IMG/VR virus record: IMGVR_UViG_3300020447_000001
Coordinates: 1-64,000 of that record
From: a virus
Reading direction: 5' to 3' (one strand)
Length of the DNA: 64,000 bases
The position numbers and the translations under genes are program-made. Below are positions 37,294-46,653 of this stretch, one piece after another. The notes under the pieces were generated by a model. It saw only the letters and a program-made list of their open reading frames with translations. It was not told the origin of the DNA and made no database searches. Within the stretch, counting starts at the first letter, position 1, and the number at the start of each line of letters is the position of its first letter.

Positions 37294-39393
37294 GTGGCTA
37301 CATCCACCGAATGCCCACAAGGCAACCAAACTCCTGTATTTGACATTGAAAAATGTCAAGTTCCGTGCATATTCCCTATTCCCGACGGGACATGGGGTAA
37401 TTTCTGGTTGCCGCAAGGACCTGAGCCTATATTTGACTTTGAAGATCCTGTTCAAATTCCACTAGCGCCGGATATTCCATGTCCTGTGTTTACCGTGGGT
37501 TCCCAAGCTGATGTTTTAGTAAGGGAAGTTACGTTTGTATGCGCAGACGGCGCACAAGGTGCTCAAGTAGCGGGAAAGCTTGAAGTTACACTTACCAAAG
37601 AAGATTGTTGTGCTTTTGACCTAGATTTTGATTTAGAGATACCGTGCCCGGTACTTTTGCCGCAAGTCACAGTTAGTTCGACCACATCGCCCTATCCCAC
37701 GGCTTCGAGTGGATCAGCGGCATCGACTTGGGCTTCTCTTACAATTTTAAGTTGCGGTAGCGGTGGCGCTCAAGAGCAACAAGAGATGAGCGGTTGTGCG
37801 TTCGACTTGGGGCTAGAAATAAATTTCCCGTGCCCATCTATTTCTGGTAGTGGTGCGGGCTCAACAGAAATAGTAGAGGTCGGCGAAGAATCAGCAACAT
37901 TACTTGTTACCAAAGAAGACGAATGTACGCTTGATTTTAATTTAGACATTAAATTTCCGTGCCCCACAATCGCCCTTACCCCGACATCTTCAACAACGGC
38001 TGGTTATCCTGGCGTATTTACCATTGAAGAGGGGGCAGGTAATAACCCAGCCAATTGTGAGTTTGAGTTTGACTTAGAAATTAAATTTCCATGTCCCGCG
38101 ATAACTAAAGGGTCACAAACTAAAAGTGTTGTTGAGATTGGAAGTGAATCTGCCAACCTTGGCATTTCTAAGGGCGGTAGCTGCGACTTCACCTTCACGC
38201 TCGACATTAAATTTCCATGCCCGAAAATTCAAGTTACTCCGGGCGCTGGCGGCACTGGGGGAACAACGTGGCCGATAGTACCTGCTACACAGAGAAAGGC
38301 ATTGCTCACAGTCTCAAAAGGGGATTTTGGAACTGATTGCGACTTCAATTTCGCGCTCGATATAAAATTTCCCTGCCCTAAAATCGATACGTCGGCAGCA
38401 TCTAACAACGCGAAATGGTCTACGGGGGCCGGTAAAGCTGAAATTACGATGCCAGACGAGGGTGAAGGCGACGAAGATTGTGCGTTTGACATGGAATACG
38501 ATATTCAATTTCCATGTCCCACCTTTGAGAAGCATATAGTCACCGTCCTCCCCAATCCGGAAGAGGGACCACCTACTGCCTACATTCAGTTCTCTCGGCA
38601 ATCCACATCTACAAAATGTGAATACGGCTTTACATTTTACATTAAATTTCCTGTTGTGGGACCACAGGGACCAACTGGACCAGCCGGTCCACAGGAGGGA
38701 GCTACCGGATTTACAGGCTACACCGGATTTACTGGGTATACCGGATTTACTGGATATACCGGATATACCGGATTTACTGGATATACTGGATATACTGGAT
38801 ATACAGGCTACACCGGATTTACTGGAGCTACCGGACCAACTGGATATACCGGATTTACTGGATTTACTGGATTTACTGGATTTACTGGATATACCGGATA
38901 TACCGGATTTACTGGATATACTGGAAAGACTGGATATACCGGATTTACTGGAGCTACCGGACCAACTGGATATACCGGATTTACTGGATTTACTGGAGCT
39001 ACCGGACCAACTGGATATACCGGATTTACTGGATTTACTGGAAAGACTGGGCCTACTGGACCAACTGGATATACCGGATTTACTGGATTTACTGGATTTA
39101 CTGGATTTACTGGAAAGACTGGGCCTACTGGACCTACTGGGTTTACTGGATTTACTGGGTTTACTGGAGCTACTGGGTTTACTGGATTTACTGGGTTTAC
39201 TGGAGCTACCGGACCTACTGGAGCTACTGGATTTACTGGATTTACCGGGTTTACTGGAGCGACAGGCGGTGACGGCGGCTATGACTGCGTCGCAGTTATG
39301 AATTGTATCAGTAATGGTGAAACCGGACCTGCGGTTTTATATTTGGATATCAATGGTAATATCTCTTGGAAGTCTGTCTCCGCATGCCCCTAA
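37294..39393 (+). CDS. Collagen-like fibre protein: 8 Cys-rich repeats plus Gly-X-Thr collagen domain
   Basis: Eight C-x-F-x-F-x-L-x-I-x-FPCP-type repeats, then 4 G-P-X triplets and 63 uninterrupted G-X-T triplets. Confidence 0.85.
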   Translation: MATSTECPQGNQTPVFDIEKCQVPCIFPIPDGTWGNFWLPQGPEPIFDFEDPVQIPLAPDIPCPVFTVGSQADVLVREVTFVCADGAQGAQVAGKLEVTLTKEDCCAFDLDFDLEIPCPVLLPQVTVSSTTSPYPTASSGSAASTWASLTILSCGSGGAQEQQEMSGCAFDLGLEINFPCPSISGSGAGSTEIVEVGEESATLLVTKEDECTLDFNLDIKFPCPTIALTPTSSTTAGYPGVFTIEEGAGNNPANCEFEFDLEIKFPCPAITKGSQTKSVVEIGSESANLGISKGGSCDFTFTLDIKFPCPKIQVTPGAGGTGGTTWPIVPATQRKALLTVSKGDFGTDCDFNFALDIKFPCPKIDTSAASNNAKWSTGAGKAEITMPDEGEGDEDCAFDMEYDIQFPCPTFEKHIVTVLPNPEEGPPTAYIQFSRQSTSTKCEYGFTFYIKFPVVGPQGPTGPAGPQEGATGFTGYTGFTGYTGFTGYTGYTGFTGYTGYTGYTGYTGFTGATGPTGYTGFTGFTGFTGFTGYTGYTGFTGYTGKTGYTGFTGATGPTGYTGFTGFTGATGPTGYTGFTGFTGKTGPTGPTGYTGFTGFTGFTGFTGKTGPTGPTGFTGFTGFTGATGFTGFTGFTGATGPTGATGFTGFTGFTGATGGDGGYDCVAVMNCISNGETGPAVLYLDINGNISWKSVSACP
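38698..39264 (+). repeat. 9-bp degenerate tandem repeat encoding (Gly-X-Thr)63
   Basis: Units such as ggatttact, ggatatacc, ggagctacc. By my count X is F28, Y16, A8, P8, K3. Confidence 0.95.
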
Positions 39394-39407
39394 GTGTGTT
39401 TAAGCAA

Positions 39408-40311
39408 TATGCCTTTGTGGTTAAACGACAATAAGATAGTAATTGATTCCTCTGGCTATCCCATTGATTGTGCTCATTGTCCTTGTGACGATATTCCCGA
39501 TGTAGATTGTGAGCAGTGTTCGTATTGGGACACGGATCATTATGTACACACCGCAAAGGAGAATTTAACTTTAACCTATACTGGATTTAGCGAAGGCAGC
39601 TGCGGCTTCCCACAATCAACTGTTCCATCGGTAACATGTAGTTCTGTTCCGGTGGAGTCAGATTGCCCAGCCAGTTGCGCTGCTATGAATAGCTCTTGGA
39701 CACTAGAACATGGGCGTTTCGCAAACGACTGCACATGGTGTGTACCGCATGACCTATGTACGATAAGCACGTGGCCTGGAATTAGCGTATTCGCCCATCA
39801 TTTTTTTGATTCCTCGTGTCTTTACTTCTCAAGCGCTCTAGGTGGTTCGAATGATTATGTCAAGCTGATCCTACAGCTAAATGGGGCAGATTACTCATGG
39901 CATATCCGCTGGGAAAAAGTTGTTGCCCGGCCTGGTCCTCCGCATTATGACCCAGGTTGTCTGGGGCCTGATTATTTCTTCAACTGGTGTGGTGCTGCGG
40001 ATGGTTTGTGTAGCCCACATTATAAACCTGATTGTTCTCAAATGGGAAACGGGGACTGCGCCGTATTTACGGCTGCTGACCTAGCGAGCATATACTGGTT
40101 CGGGATATATTGGTCTCCATCCATCTCGATTCCTTTCGAAAACGATGTTTACACTTGTTCTTTTCCTGGTGGCGATTGCCCCTGCGATGTCGGCTGGGCT
40201 GGCTCTGTGATACCGGCAAGTGGTCCCGGAGCACACCACACGCTCAACCATCAGATAACTACAACGTCGCTACCTGGATCTAGTATTACCGCCACTATTA
40301 CAGGCTGGTAA
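39408..40311 (+). CDS. Cys/Trp-rich putative virion protein
   Basis: ATG 39408 gives MPLWLNDNKIVIDSSGYPIDCAHCPCDD; many Cys throughout; follows the collagen fibre gene. Confidence 0.65.
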
Positions 40312-40317
40312 TAACAT

Positions 40318-42402
40318 ATGCGCAATAAATACCGATTAATTCTTCGACATCGCTGGGCTCTAGGCGATACGGTATTATTAACTTCCCTTGTTCGAGATAT
40401 TCACCGCGCACATCCAGGTGAGTACGAAATTAAAGTTGAAACAAACTGGTCTCCTGTGTGGACTAACAATCCCCATGTTACTAGTTTCGAAGAAGCCGGA
40501 TTACCGCGAGCACAACGTATTGAAATAGGATGGGGAGACGGCATTAAGTGGAATGGGTATGCAAAGTTTAACGATAAGAAAGAAATGCGGCACATTCTAG
40601 CTTGGTATCATTACGATTTTACTCGTAAGACTGGTATCGAAGTTCCTGTTACCGACCCACGCCCTGACTTACATCTATCGCCTGCTGAAATTAAACCACG
40701 AGTGCAAGGAAGATACTGGGTCATACTATCAGGCGGTAAGCTAGATCTCACTAATAAACATTGGCATGCTCATAGAGTGCAAGAGACTGTAAACAGGCTA
40801 AAATCCTACGGATTACAGTTTGTCCAATGTGGTGCTACTCACAGCAGACATATCCACCCTCCATTAGAGGGTGTTTTAAATCTTGTAGGTAAGACAGACA
40901 ATGTTAGAGATTTCTGGAACGTCGTACTTCATTCTGAAGGCGTTATCTGTCCGGTGACAGGAGCTATGCATATTGCAGCAGCGTTCAATCGCCCATGCGT
41001 AGTTATTGCGGGAGGCCGTGAAGAGCCTTGGTTTGAAGCTTATTGTGACAATTTCGAAGCTTTCGGTCCTTCGGCTAAACCCGTAGTAATGCCACATAAA
41101 TTCCTGCATACTATAGGTTTGTTGGCTTGTTGTGACATTCAGGGGTGCTGGAAAAAACGAGTTATCCCTGTTGATCAATCGGATTTGTCTAGCAAAGCAC
41201 ACACTTTATGTCGTCAACCTGTGCGACCTGTGAATACACATGCTGTGCCAAGGTGCATGGATTTGATAACTGTGGATCATGTAGTGGAGGCTGTAATGGA
41301 CTATTACGATAAAGACGTATTGCCGCCTATTGGGGAGCCTAAGGGAGCATACCCAGACATTGTACCTACAGAAAATACCGCAGCTCCCACTACTGAAAAA
41401 CCAGTAGTAGCTCCAGAAGCTCCGCCTAACATTGTGGTTCCAACAGTAGAATTGCGAGAAGCTCCAAAAATATCCGGAGGCCCCGTTCTTCTTAGAGATC
41501 CGTCAGTTCACGCTAAAACACAACGTCCGGATCAGCAAATGCATCCGCAAGAGGCACAGTTGCAGTTAAATAAACCTCCTCTTAAAGCAAGAGCTGCGGT
41601 CTCGGAGCTTGATAATCCAATTATTGGCGGTCGGTACACAGTATTTGTATTGTGTTACGGTGATCATGTTGAGTTAGTAAAACGTTGTATTGATAGTATC
41701 TTAGAAACAGTACCAATACCTAGAATTGATTTACGTGTTGGAGGCAACGAATTAGGCCCTGCAACTATTCAATATTTGCAAACTGTTCCTGCCACTAAAT
41801 TATATCTTCACGCAGAAAATGCTAAAAAATATCCGCTAATGCGTGAAATGTTTTTTGATCCAAGTCATCCAGTTAACACGTCATATTTGCTGTGGTTTGA
41901 CGACGATGCTTATGTTGTAGACCCCCGTTGGTTATCTTTATTGACGTCAATGATTGTTGGCGGACATAACCAAGATTATCGGCTATATGGCAATAAAATG
42001 TTTCATGACATTAACGCATATAATACAGAAGATCACAATCCTTTACGTTGGTTCAGACATGCCGATTGGTTCACTGGAATGCCGTTACGTACCAGGGGTT
42101 CAGAGAGATTAGCTCCCAACGGTAGTGTCATAGATTTTGCTGTTGGTTGGTTTTGGGCTTTAGACGCCGTTTTAATGAAGACAGCGAATATACCCGATAA
42201 GCGCTTAAATCATAACGGAGGAGATATCACTATTGGAGCACAAGTACATCAGGCGGGATATAAAATACAACAATTTAATAAAGGTAAATCGTTAATCAGT
42301 ACGCCTAAAAAGGAAGAAGGCGGACGGCGTGTAGGCGGTTATGAGGAATCTTTTCCGTGGGTAAACCCTAAAAATGTATTTCAGCGGACATTTACGGTAT
42401 GA
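40318..42402 (+). CDS. Two-domain glycosyltransferase (GT9-like GT-B plus GT2-like GT-A)
   Basis: N-terminal ALGDTVLLTSLVRDIH...VICPVTGAMHIAAAFNRPCVVIAGG (heptosyltransferase GT9 pattern); Pro-rich linker; C-terminal VFVLCYG..KRCIDSI...LWFDDDAY (DXD, GT-A). Confidence 0.85.
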   Translation: MRNKYRLILRHRWALGDTVLLTSLVRDIHRAHPGEYEIKVETNWSPVWTNNPHVTSFEEAGLPRAQRIEIGWGDGIKWNGYAKFNDKKEMRHILAWYHYDFTRKTGIEVPVTDPRPDLHLSPAEIKPRVQGRYWVILSGGKLDLTNKHWHAHRVQETVNRLKSYGLQFVQCGATHSRHIHPPLEGVLNLVGKTDNVRDFWNVVLHSEGVICPVTGAMHIAAAFNRPCVVIAGGREEPWFEAYCDNFEAFGPSAKPVVMPHKFLHTIGLLACCDIQGCWKKRVIPVDQSDLSSKAHTLCRQPVRPVNTHAVPRCMDLITVDHVVEAVMDYYDKDVLPPIGEPKGAYPDIVPTENTAAPTTEKPVVAPEAPPNIVVPTVELREAPKISGGPVLLRDPSVHAKTQRPDQQMHPQEAQLQLNKPPLKARAAVSELDNPIIGGRYTVFVLCYGDHVELVKRCIDSILETVPIPRIDLRVGGNELGPATIQYLQTVPATKLYLHAENAKKYPLMREMFFDPSHPVNTSYLLWFDDDAYVVDPRWLSLLTSMIVGGHNQDYRLYGNKMFHDINAYNTEDHNPLRWFRHADWFTGMPLRTRGSERLAPNGSVIDFAVGWFWALDAVLMKTANIPDKRLNHNGGDITIGAQVHQAGYKIQQFNKGKSLISTPKKEEGGRRVGGYEESFPWVNPKNVFQRTFTV

Positions 42403-42779
42403 ATACACGAGTTGGTAAAAAGTTGATTTTAGAGCATAATGTTGTGTATCAAATGTTCTCTGACCCATTGTTTTGGGAAAAAGTGCCAGAATTGCTGGAT
42501 ATGAAAGACGAAGGTGAATTAGCACACTATTTAGCGTTGGATAGGTTTTTCAACCCCCGAGAAGTAGCACCAGGATGTATGGATTGCGCTACCATAAAAA
42601 CAACATTGCAGCCTATTTTAAATAAACTCAGCTTACAAATCGCACAATGGATAGACGAGTCACCGGAAAAGACAGAGAATTTAGTTTCTTACTTAACTAA
42701 ACGTTTAGGCTACCGACCCGAATCAATTGTTATGCGATTAGAAAATAAGGCGGGTAAAACTCGTACTGTTGAATTTTAG
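42399..42779 (+). CDS. Hypothetical protein (CxxC)
   Basis: 126 aa, PGCMDC, ATGA-coupled to the glycosyltransferase. Confidence 0.6.
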   Translation: MNTRVGKKLILEHNVVYQMFSDPLFWEKVPELLDMKDEGELAHYLALDRFFNPREVAPGCMDCATIKTTLQPILNKLSLQIAQWIDESPEKTENLVSYLTKRLGYRPESIVMRLENKAGKTRTVEF

Positions 42780-42790
42780 GAGAGGTAAGG

Positions 42791-43246
42791 ATGGCTACTC
42801 GCCGAATACGATTAACCAAATATGCTGCGGAAAACGTTAACTACTCGTACTACGGGGCCTACCGCATGAAAGTTGCGGTTACGGACGTAGAGGGGGATGA
42901 TATTGATAAATACATCTTCATTTATCAGCGTCACCCGGACAGTCCGTATACGAATGCTAGCCAAGATGAATTTTCAGCCGTTTGCGGCCCCAGTCAATTT
43001 GCAACAATTCCCGCCGGTGCTCCGGATGCTAATCAAGGGTGGCCTTTCTACAGATTAGATTACGTTGAACTTGATTTCATGTCAGTTAATCAAGCGGATC
43101 AGGCATGGGAAGATATTAAGGTTGAGGTTAGTAAATTAGTTGAAGGCATGGGTAAGTTGACTGCTTTGGTTGCGGTAGAAGACGTTTGGTTTCCGTCCGC
43201 ACCTCCGGCTTCTTCGCAGTCTGAGTCCGCGTCTGATTCGTTGTAA
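42791..43246 (+). CDS. Hypothetical protein
   Basis: 151 aa with RBS gagg/aagg. Confidence 0.65.
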   Translation: MATRRIRLTKYAAENVNYSYYGAYRMKVAVTDVEGDDIDKYIFIYQRHPDSPYTNASQDEFSAVCGPSQFATIPAGAPDANQGWPFYRLDYVELDFMSVNQADQAWEDIKVEVSKLVEGMGKLTALVAVEDVWFPSAPPASSQSESASDSL

Positions 43247-43252
43247 TTATTA

Positions 43253-43585
43253 TTGGAGCAAACAATGGCAGTTGATCCTAGTGTACCGGTAAGGAAACTT
43301 GTAATCATGGAAGACGGTATGATTATTGGATTATCTAATAATCATCAATTTGTGACTGCCTTTCCCTTTTTAGCCCCACTAAAGAAATTAACTAACGCAC
43401 GTGTTGGCGGTTGCGGTAAATGCAATTCAGCTGCTAAGCAACGTGTTCAACTACTAAACTCGGCTAAGATGGCAATCATAGGTCTAGGACAAGACAAGAA
43501 AGACCAAATGAAGAAGCTCATGAATGCTAATAAGATACAGGTTAAATACCTGGCTGGACGAGAAGTCAAGACGCACGAGTTCTAA
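43253..43585 (+). CDS. Hypothetical basic protein (CxxC)
   Basis: 110 aa, GGCGKCN; last gene before the promoter-like element at 43600. Confidence 0.6.
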   Translation: MEQTMAVDPSVPVRKLVIMEDGMIIGLSNNHQFVTAFPFLAPLKKLTNARVGGCGKCNSAAKQRVQLLNSAKMAIIGLGQDKKDQMKKLMNANKIQVKYLAGREVKTHEF

Positions 43586-43599
43586 CATGCCTATTTAAG

Positions 43600-43641
43600 C
43601 ACCTAAATTCTTGGCATTATTGCGTCATTATATAGTGAAGG
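43600..43641 (+). promoter_or_regulatory. Conserved promoter-like element, copy 1
   Basis: cacctaaatt..tgg....ttgcgtcatta.tata.tgaagg, matching 47019-47060; followed by the hairpin gaagga-taata-tccttc. Confidence 0.55.
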
Positions 43642-43670
43642 ATAATATCCTTCAGCGACCTCAACGGTCA

Positions 43671-43748
43671 AGCCTTACGAGTGGTATGTACATCCGCTTG
43701 TGAGGCTTTTTTATTACATGTACTTTTTGCAAGCAAGGAGCTAGTAAC
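43671..43748 (+). repeat. Intergenic cassette element (hairpin + TTTTTTATTACATGTACTTTTTGC + AAGGAG), copy 1
   Basis: Related elements at 44307, 44965, 45737, 47079, 47453, 48088, 48277, 51071 and 57307. Confidence 0.8.
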
Positions 43749-44315
43749 ATGTTAGTAATTCATTTTTCAAATCAATCCGCTCATTGCATCTTCGGGGGCC
43801 TCGGCATTGACGGGCCCTGGACTTATGAAGAAGACGACAACGACTACACCACTGACTATTTGCTGCCCACGGGAGAATTTTTGATCCTGAGCAATGTTCG
43901 TCATAAGTGGTTTCCCGAACTTAGCCATGGGGAAATGATTTGGCAAACGGATCATTGTCATATGTTTTGGGAACGCGTACCGCGTACGCCGAAGGAAATC
44001 GTGGACAGCTTAGAGTCTCTTTTTAGTACCTCGTACACGGACGATAGCGGTGTAACACACACCTGGACGAAGAACATTTACACTGTGTCGGAGCTTGTTG
44101 TTTTGGGCGTCCAGCAACGAATCCGGAACGGTACACTGTGCGACAAGGATGTGAAAATCATTCTGTATCGTAGTGACACGCCGGAGTGGCGTAGTGGCAA
44201 ACACATGCAACTGAATAAGAAAGGTGAGTTCGTAGATTACTGGCCCGGAGGCCTCGCCCTGCAAATCTATGAATTTACTAACGGCTTCGAAGATTTTGCC
44301 TGCATAGTCCCCTGA
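43749..44315 (+). CDS. Protein with stand-alone DUF3696-like C-terminal domain
   Basis: IYTVSELVVLGVQQRIRNGTL...VKIILY...MQLNKKGEFVDYWPGG resembles the C-terminal module of ABC/AAA_21 ATPases (..THSE.ii..l...G.i..wP.GF). Confidence 0.55.
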   Translation: MLVIHFSNQSAHCIFGGLGIDGPWTYEEDDNDYTTDYLLPTGEFLILSNVRHKWFPELSHGEMIWQTDHCHMFWERVPRTPKEIVDSLESLFSTSYTDDSGVTHTWTKNIYTVSELVVLGVQQRIRNGTLCDKDVKIILYRSDTPEWRSGKHMQLNKKGEFVDYWPGGLALQIYEFTNGFEDFACIVP

Positions 44316-44365
44316 ACATACAGGGGGCTTTTTTATTACATGTACTTTTGCAAGGAGCTAATAAC
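44307..44365 (+). repeat. Intergenic cassette element, copy 2
   Basis: gtcccctg-aacata-cagggggc ttttttattacatgtacttttgcaaggagctaataac then GTG. Confidence 0.8.
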
Positions 44366-44956
44366 GTGTCGACTTACAATTCTATGAACGAGTTCTACGA
44401 AGACCACTACGAAGACCAAGAATCTTTTGATGCAGACAACGAGCAAAAAGGAGAAGGCATGGAAATTCTAAAAAAGAGAGTTGTTGTACACGAGCGTGGC
44501 GCACAGAAAAAGATCGTAGAGACTATATTTGACGCAGACTTTCGTTATGACGACCTCGGGCTCGAAGGAATTGTTAATGCCAAGCAAACTGCCGGCATAA
44601 CCGGCAGTAACGCTCTATACGAAATCGATTGCGTACTGGGCGCTGATCATAAGGGTAAAGGTTACACCCAAACTTACGAGGTGGAGAGCCTAAGACTTCA
44701 GCTGGGTGAACGCAGCCTTACAGCGTTGCTGATGATTCTTTCGAAGATGCAAAAGTACGCACATTCCAACCTCCCGCAAACCGACGATGAGCTGGCCCAG
44801 GACGATAGTGCGGATGTGTGCGCCCGCAAATTTTCAGGGGCTCGTTTTCATGTTTCTCCAGAAACGCTTGATGCAACTGTTCATCCAGACCACATAGATC
44901 GGAAGGCGAGACAGAATTTGGCACTAACGGTCAAACTGAGTGAACGCCAAGCCTAA
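44366..44956 (+). CDS. Hypothetical protein
   Basis: GTG start 8 nt after aaggag; in frame with track ORF 44348..44956. Confidence 0.65.
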   Translation: MSTYNSMNEFYEDHYEDQESFDADNEQKGEGMEILKKRVVVHERGAQKKIVETIFDADFRYDDLGLEGIVNAKQTAGITGSNALYEIDCVLGADHKGKGYTQTYEVESLRLQLGERSLTALLMILSKMQKYAHSNLPQTDDELAQDDSADVCARKFSGARFHVSPETLDATVHPDHIDRKARQNLALTVKLSERQA

Positions 44957-44964
44957 AACACCGT

Positions 44965-45012
44965 GCCCCCTTCGGGGGGCTTTTTTATTTACTTTTTTGC
45001 AAGGAGCTAATT
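44965..45012 (+). repeat. Intergenic cassette element, copy 3
   Basis: gccccc-ttcg-gggggc ttttttatttacttttttgcaaggagctaatt then ATG. Confidence 0.85.
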
Positions 45013-45216
45013 ATGAAGATTGAAGTCGATGGTGTTCTCGTTTCAGTCTGTCAGTCATGCCTGGACGGAGAACACAAGAGTTATGGTGAGGATCATCGCA
45101 ACGGCCCACCGGAACGTTGCGACTGTAAAAATATACTGGACGACAAAACACAGTGTATGTGTAGTCCAGAGTGGCCTGAATTAATGACAGCAATTCGCAT
45201 GCAAGAAAGGAGCTAA
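45013..45216 (+). CDS. Small Cys-containing hypothetical protein
   Basis: 67 aa, CQSC/CDC/CMC, strong RBS. Confidence 0.65.
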   Translation: MKIEVDGVLVSVCQSCLDGEHKSYGEDHRNGPPERCDCKNILDDKTQCMCSPEWPELMTAIRMQERS

Positions 45217-45218
45217 TT

Positions 45219-45509
45219 ATGCCCATGGACTTTCCGAATATGGAATCGCTAACGCGGCGTGCTACGCAGCGAGATTTCCGTCAGCCCCACGAGGGCGAGA
45301 CAGAGGTCCAGTATCGAGAGGCGTTCGCGGATTTCATGAAGGACATTGATCTTGTCGAAAGTCATGAGATTCGTGGCGGGTGCGGGTGGGACAGAATGAC
45401 TGATCAGCAAACTACTGAGATGCTGGTCGATCAAGTTGGCGGTAGGGAGAAGTTGCTTAAACTCTTCGCAGATCTCCAAGGAGGAATCAAAGGACAAAAG
45501 GAAGAATGA
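45219..45509 (+). CDS. Hypothetical protein
   Basis: 96 aa with aaggagctaattATG start context. Confidence 0.65.
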   Translation: MPMDFPNMESLTRRATQRDFRQPHEGETEVQYREAFADFMKDIDLVESHEIRGGCGWDRMTDQQTTEMLVDQVGGREKLLKLFADLQGGIKGQKEE

Positions 45510-45730
45510 TGAAAGTAATGTCTGACGGTCAGAACGTTGTAGAACTGTTCTCGGTGCTACTCACTGAAGGAGAAGCACTAGAGTTGATCGAGGGTTTGAG
45601 TAGGCAGCTTAAGCGTCGCAAAGACTTCAAATTTTCTGAATTCGGACGCCTTGAGGTCCAATCAGACAGCGACGAAAGCGGCGAAAGTTTCGCCGCCCTC
45701 ATACACTTCCCCACTTGGGCTGGCTCGTAA
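45506..45730 (+). CDS. Hypothetical protein
   Basis: 74 aa, ATGA-coupled. Confidence 0.55.
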   Translation: MMKVMSDGQNVVELFSVLLTEGEALELIEGLSRQLKRRKDFKFSEFGRLEVQSDSDESGESFAALIHFPTWAGS

Positions 45731-45736
45731 CATCGT

Positions 45737-45790
45737 GCCCCTTCGGGGGCTTTTTTATTATATGTACTTTTTTGTAAGAAAGGAGCTAAT
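45737..45790 (+). repeat. Intergenic cassette element, copy 4
   Basis: gcccc-ttcg-ggggc ttttttattatatgtactttttt..aaggagctaat then ATG. Confidence 0.85.
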
Positions 45791-46474
45791 ATGAGTGACC
45801 CTTTAGGGTATATCACTGAACTACGAAATTCACTCGATTCGCCAGTCGTGAAATCGGTGTTCGACAACACCGTAGTTCCTTTTGAGGAGCTAGATGAAGA
45901 CGCGAAAGCTACACTTTACAGTATGGTGTCGGCGTTAGGGTTTATCCGCCTATACGGCATTGATGTGCCGGTGGATGTTGCTATTCGGCTGGCTACTTTC
46001 TCTGTCGCCTGCGTAGCTACAACTATTGAATTCCACATGATTCACGCAGTGAAACATAGGGCGTACGGGCTTATGTCAGAAATAACGGATATGGCGCAGT
46101 CGTTTCCGGAGCGGTTTGACGAGGACGATTTGGAAGAAGGCGAGATTACGAGTATTTTTCACCTGCTCATGGAGTTATGGGCAGTCCGCGCGGCCAGTTC
46201 GCGCTTGGTACCACCAACTAGCGGGAAATTGTTCTGGGTGCCAGCTGAGATCGTGTTGGATACCAAGCTCCATAACAAAGGCCTAAAGGAGGTCCTGTCT
46301 AGCGTCACGTCACTTCCGCTTTTTGACAACTGGCGGAAAATGCTGGTCAAGCCATATTGTGATGATCTGCCTTGGTGGCTCGACGGGACTTTGGAAAAGG
46401 TCGCGAAGAAAATTGGCGATGACATTGACGATGATGAGGTGTACTCATTGAAACGCATTGGGAGTAGTAAATAG
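45791..46474 (+). CDS. Hypothetical protein
   Basis: 227 aa following a cassette element. Confidence 0.7.
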   Translation: MSDPLGYITELRNSLDSPVVKSVFDNTVVPFEELDEDAKATLYSMVSALGFIRLYGIDVPVDVAIRLATFSVACVATTIEFHMIHAVKHRAYGLMSEITDMAQSFPERFDEDDLEEGEITSIFHLLMELWAVRAASSRLVPPTSGKLFWVPAEIVLDTKLHNKGLKEVLSSVTSLPLFDNWRKMLVKPYCDDLPWWLDGTLEKVAKKIGDDIDDDEVYSLKRIGSSK

Positions 46475-46500
46475 TACAATTTAACAGGGAGGGACTAGTG

Positions 46501-46641
46501 ATGATTTCACGGATGATACTTATCGTTTTACTTCTGTTCGCTTCGGGATGTGCAACCACCACGAACTTCACTGTGAAGCAAGTGGTCCCGGAGCATCACC
46601 TGTCGTGGGAAGTTTGCCACGGTGTTACAAGGACTTGGTAA
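46501..46641 (+). CDS. Small lipoprotein (46 aa, missing from ORF track)
   Basis: MISRMILIVLLLFASG|CATTTNFTVKQVVPEHHLSWEVCHGVTRTW; lipobox FASGC; RBS ggaggg; directly follows the TAAATAGTACAATTTAA motif. Confidence 0.65.
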   Translation: MISRMILIVLLLFASGCATTTNFTVKQVVPEHHLSWEVCHGVTRTW

Positions 46642-46653
46642 GGAGGACAACTC

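Noticed and set aside
38698-39264. Possible CRISPR array or DGR-like repeat
   Set aside because: The units are contiguous 9-mers with no unique spacers and encode a protein; no cas or reverse transcriptase gene is visible.
38618-39301. 227-aa Leu/Asp-repeat ORF (LDLLDLL...)
   Set aside because: It is an alternate-frame shadow of the 9-bp collagen repeat, which lacks stops in that frame; the G-X-T frame continues the real 699-aa gene.
1-43585. Extracellular contractile injection system (eCIS/tailocin) rather than phage
   Set aside because: The window also has terminase-like, primase-like and sigma genes and phage-style early cassettes; no eCIS-type toxin cargo was recognised.
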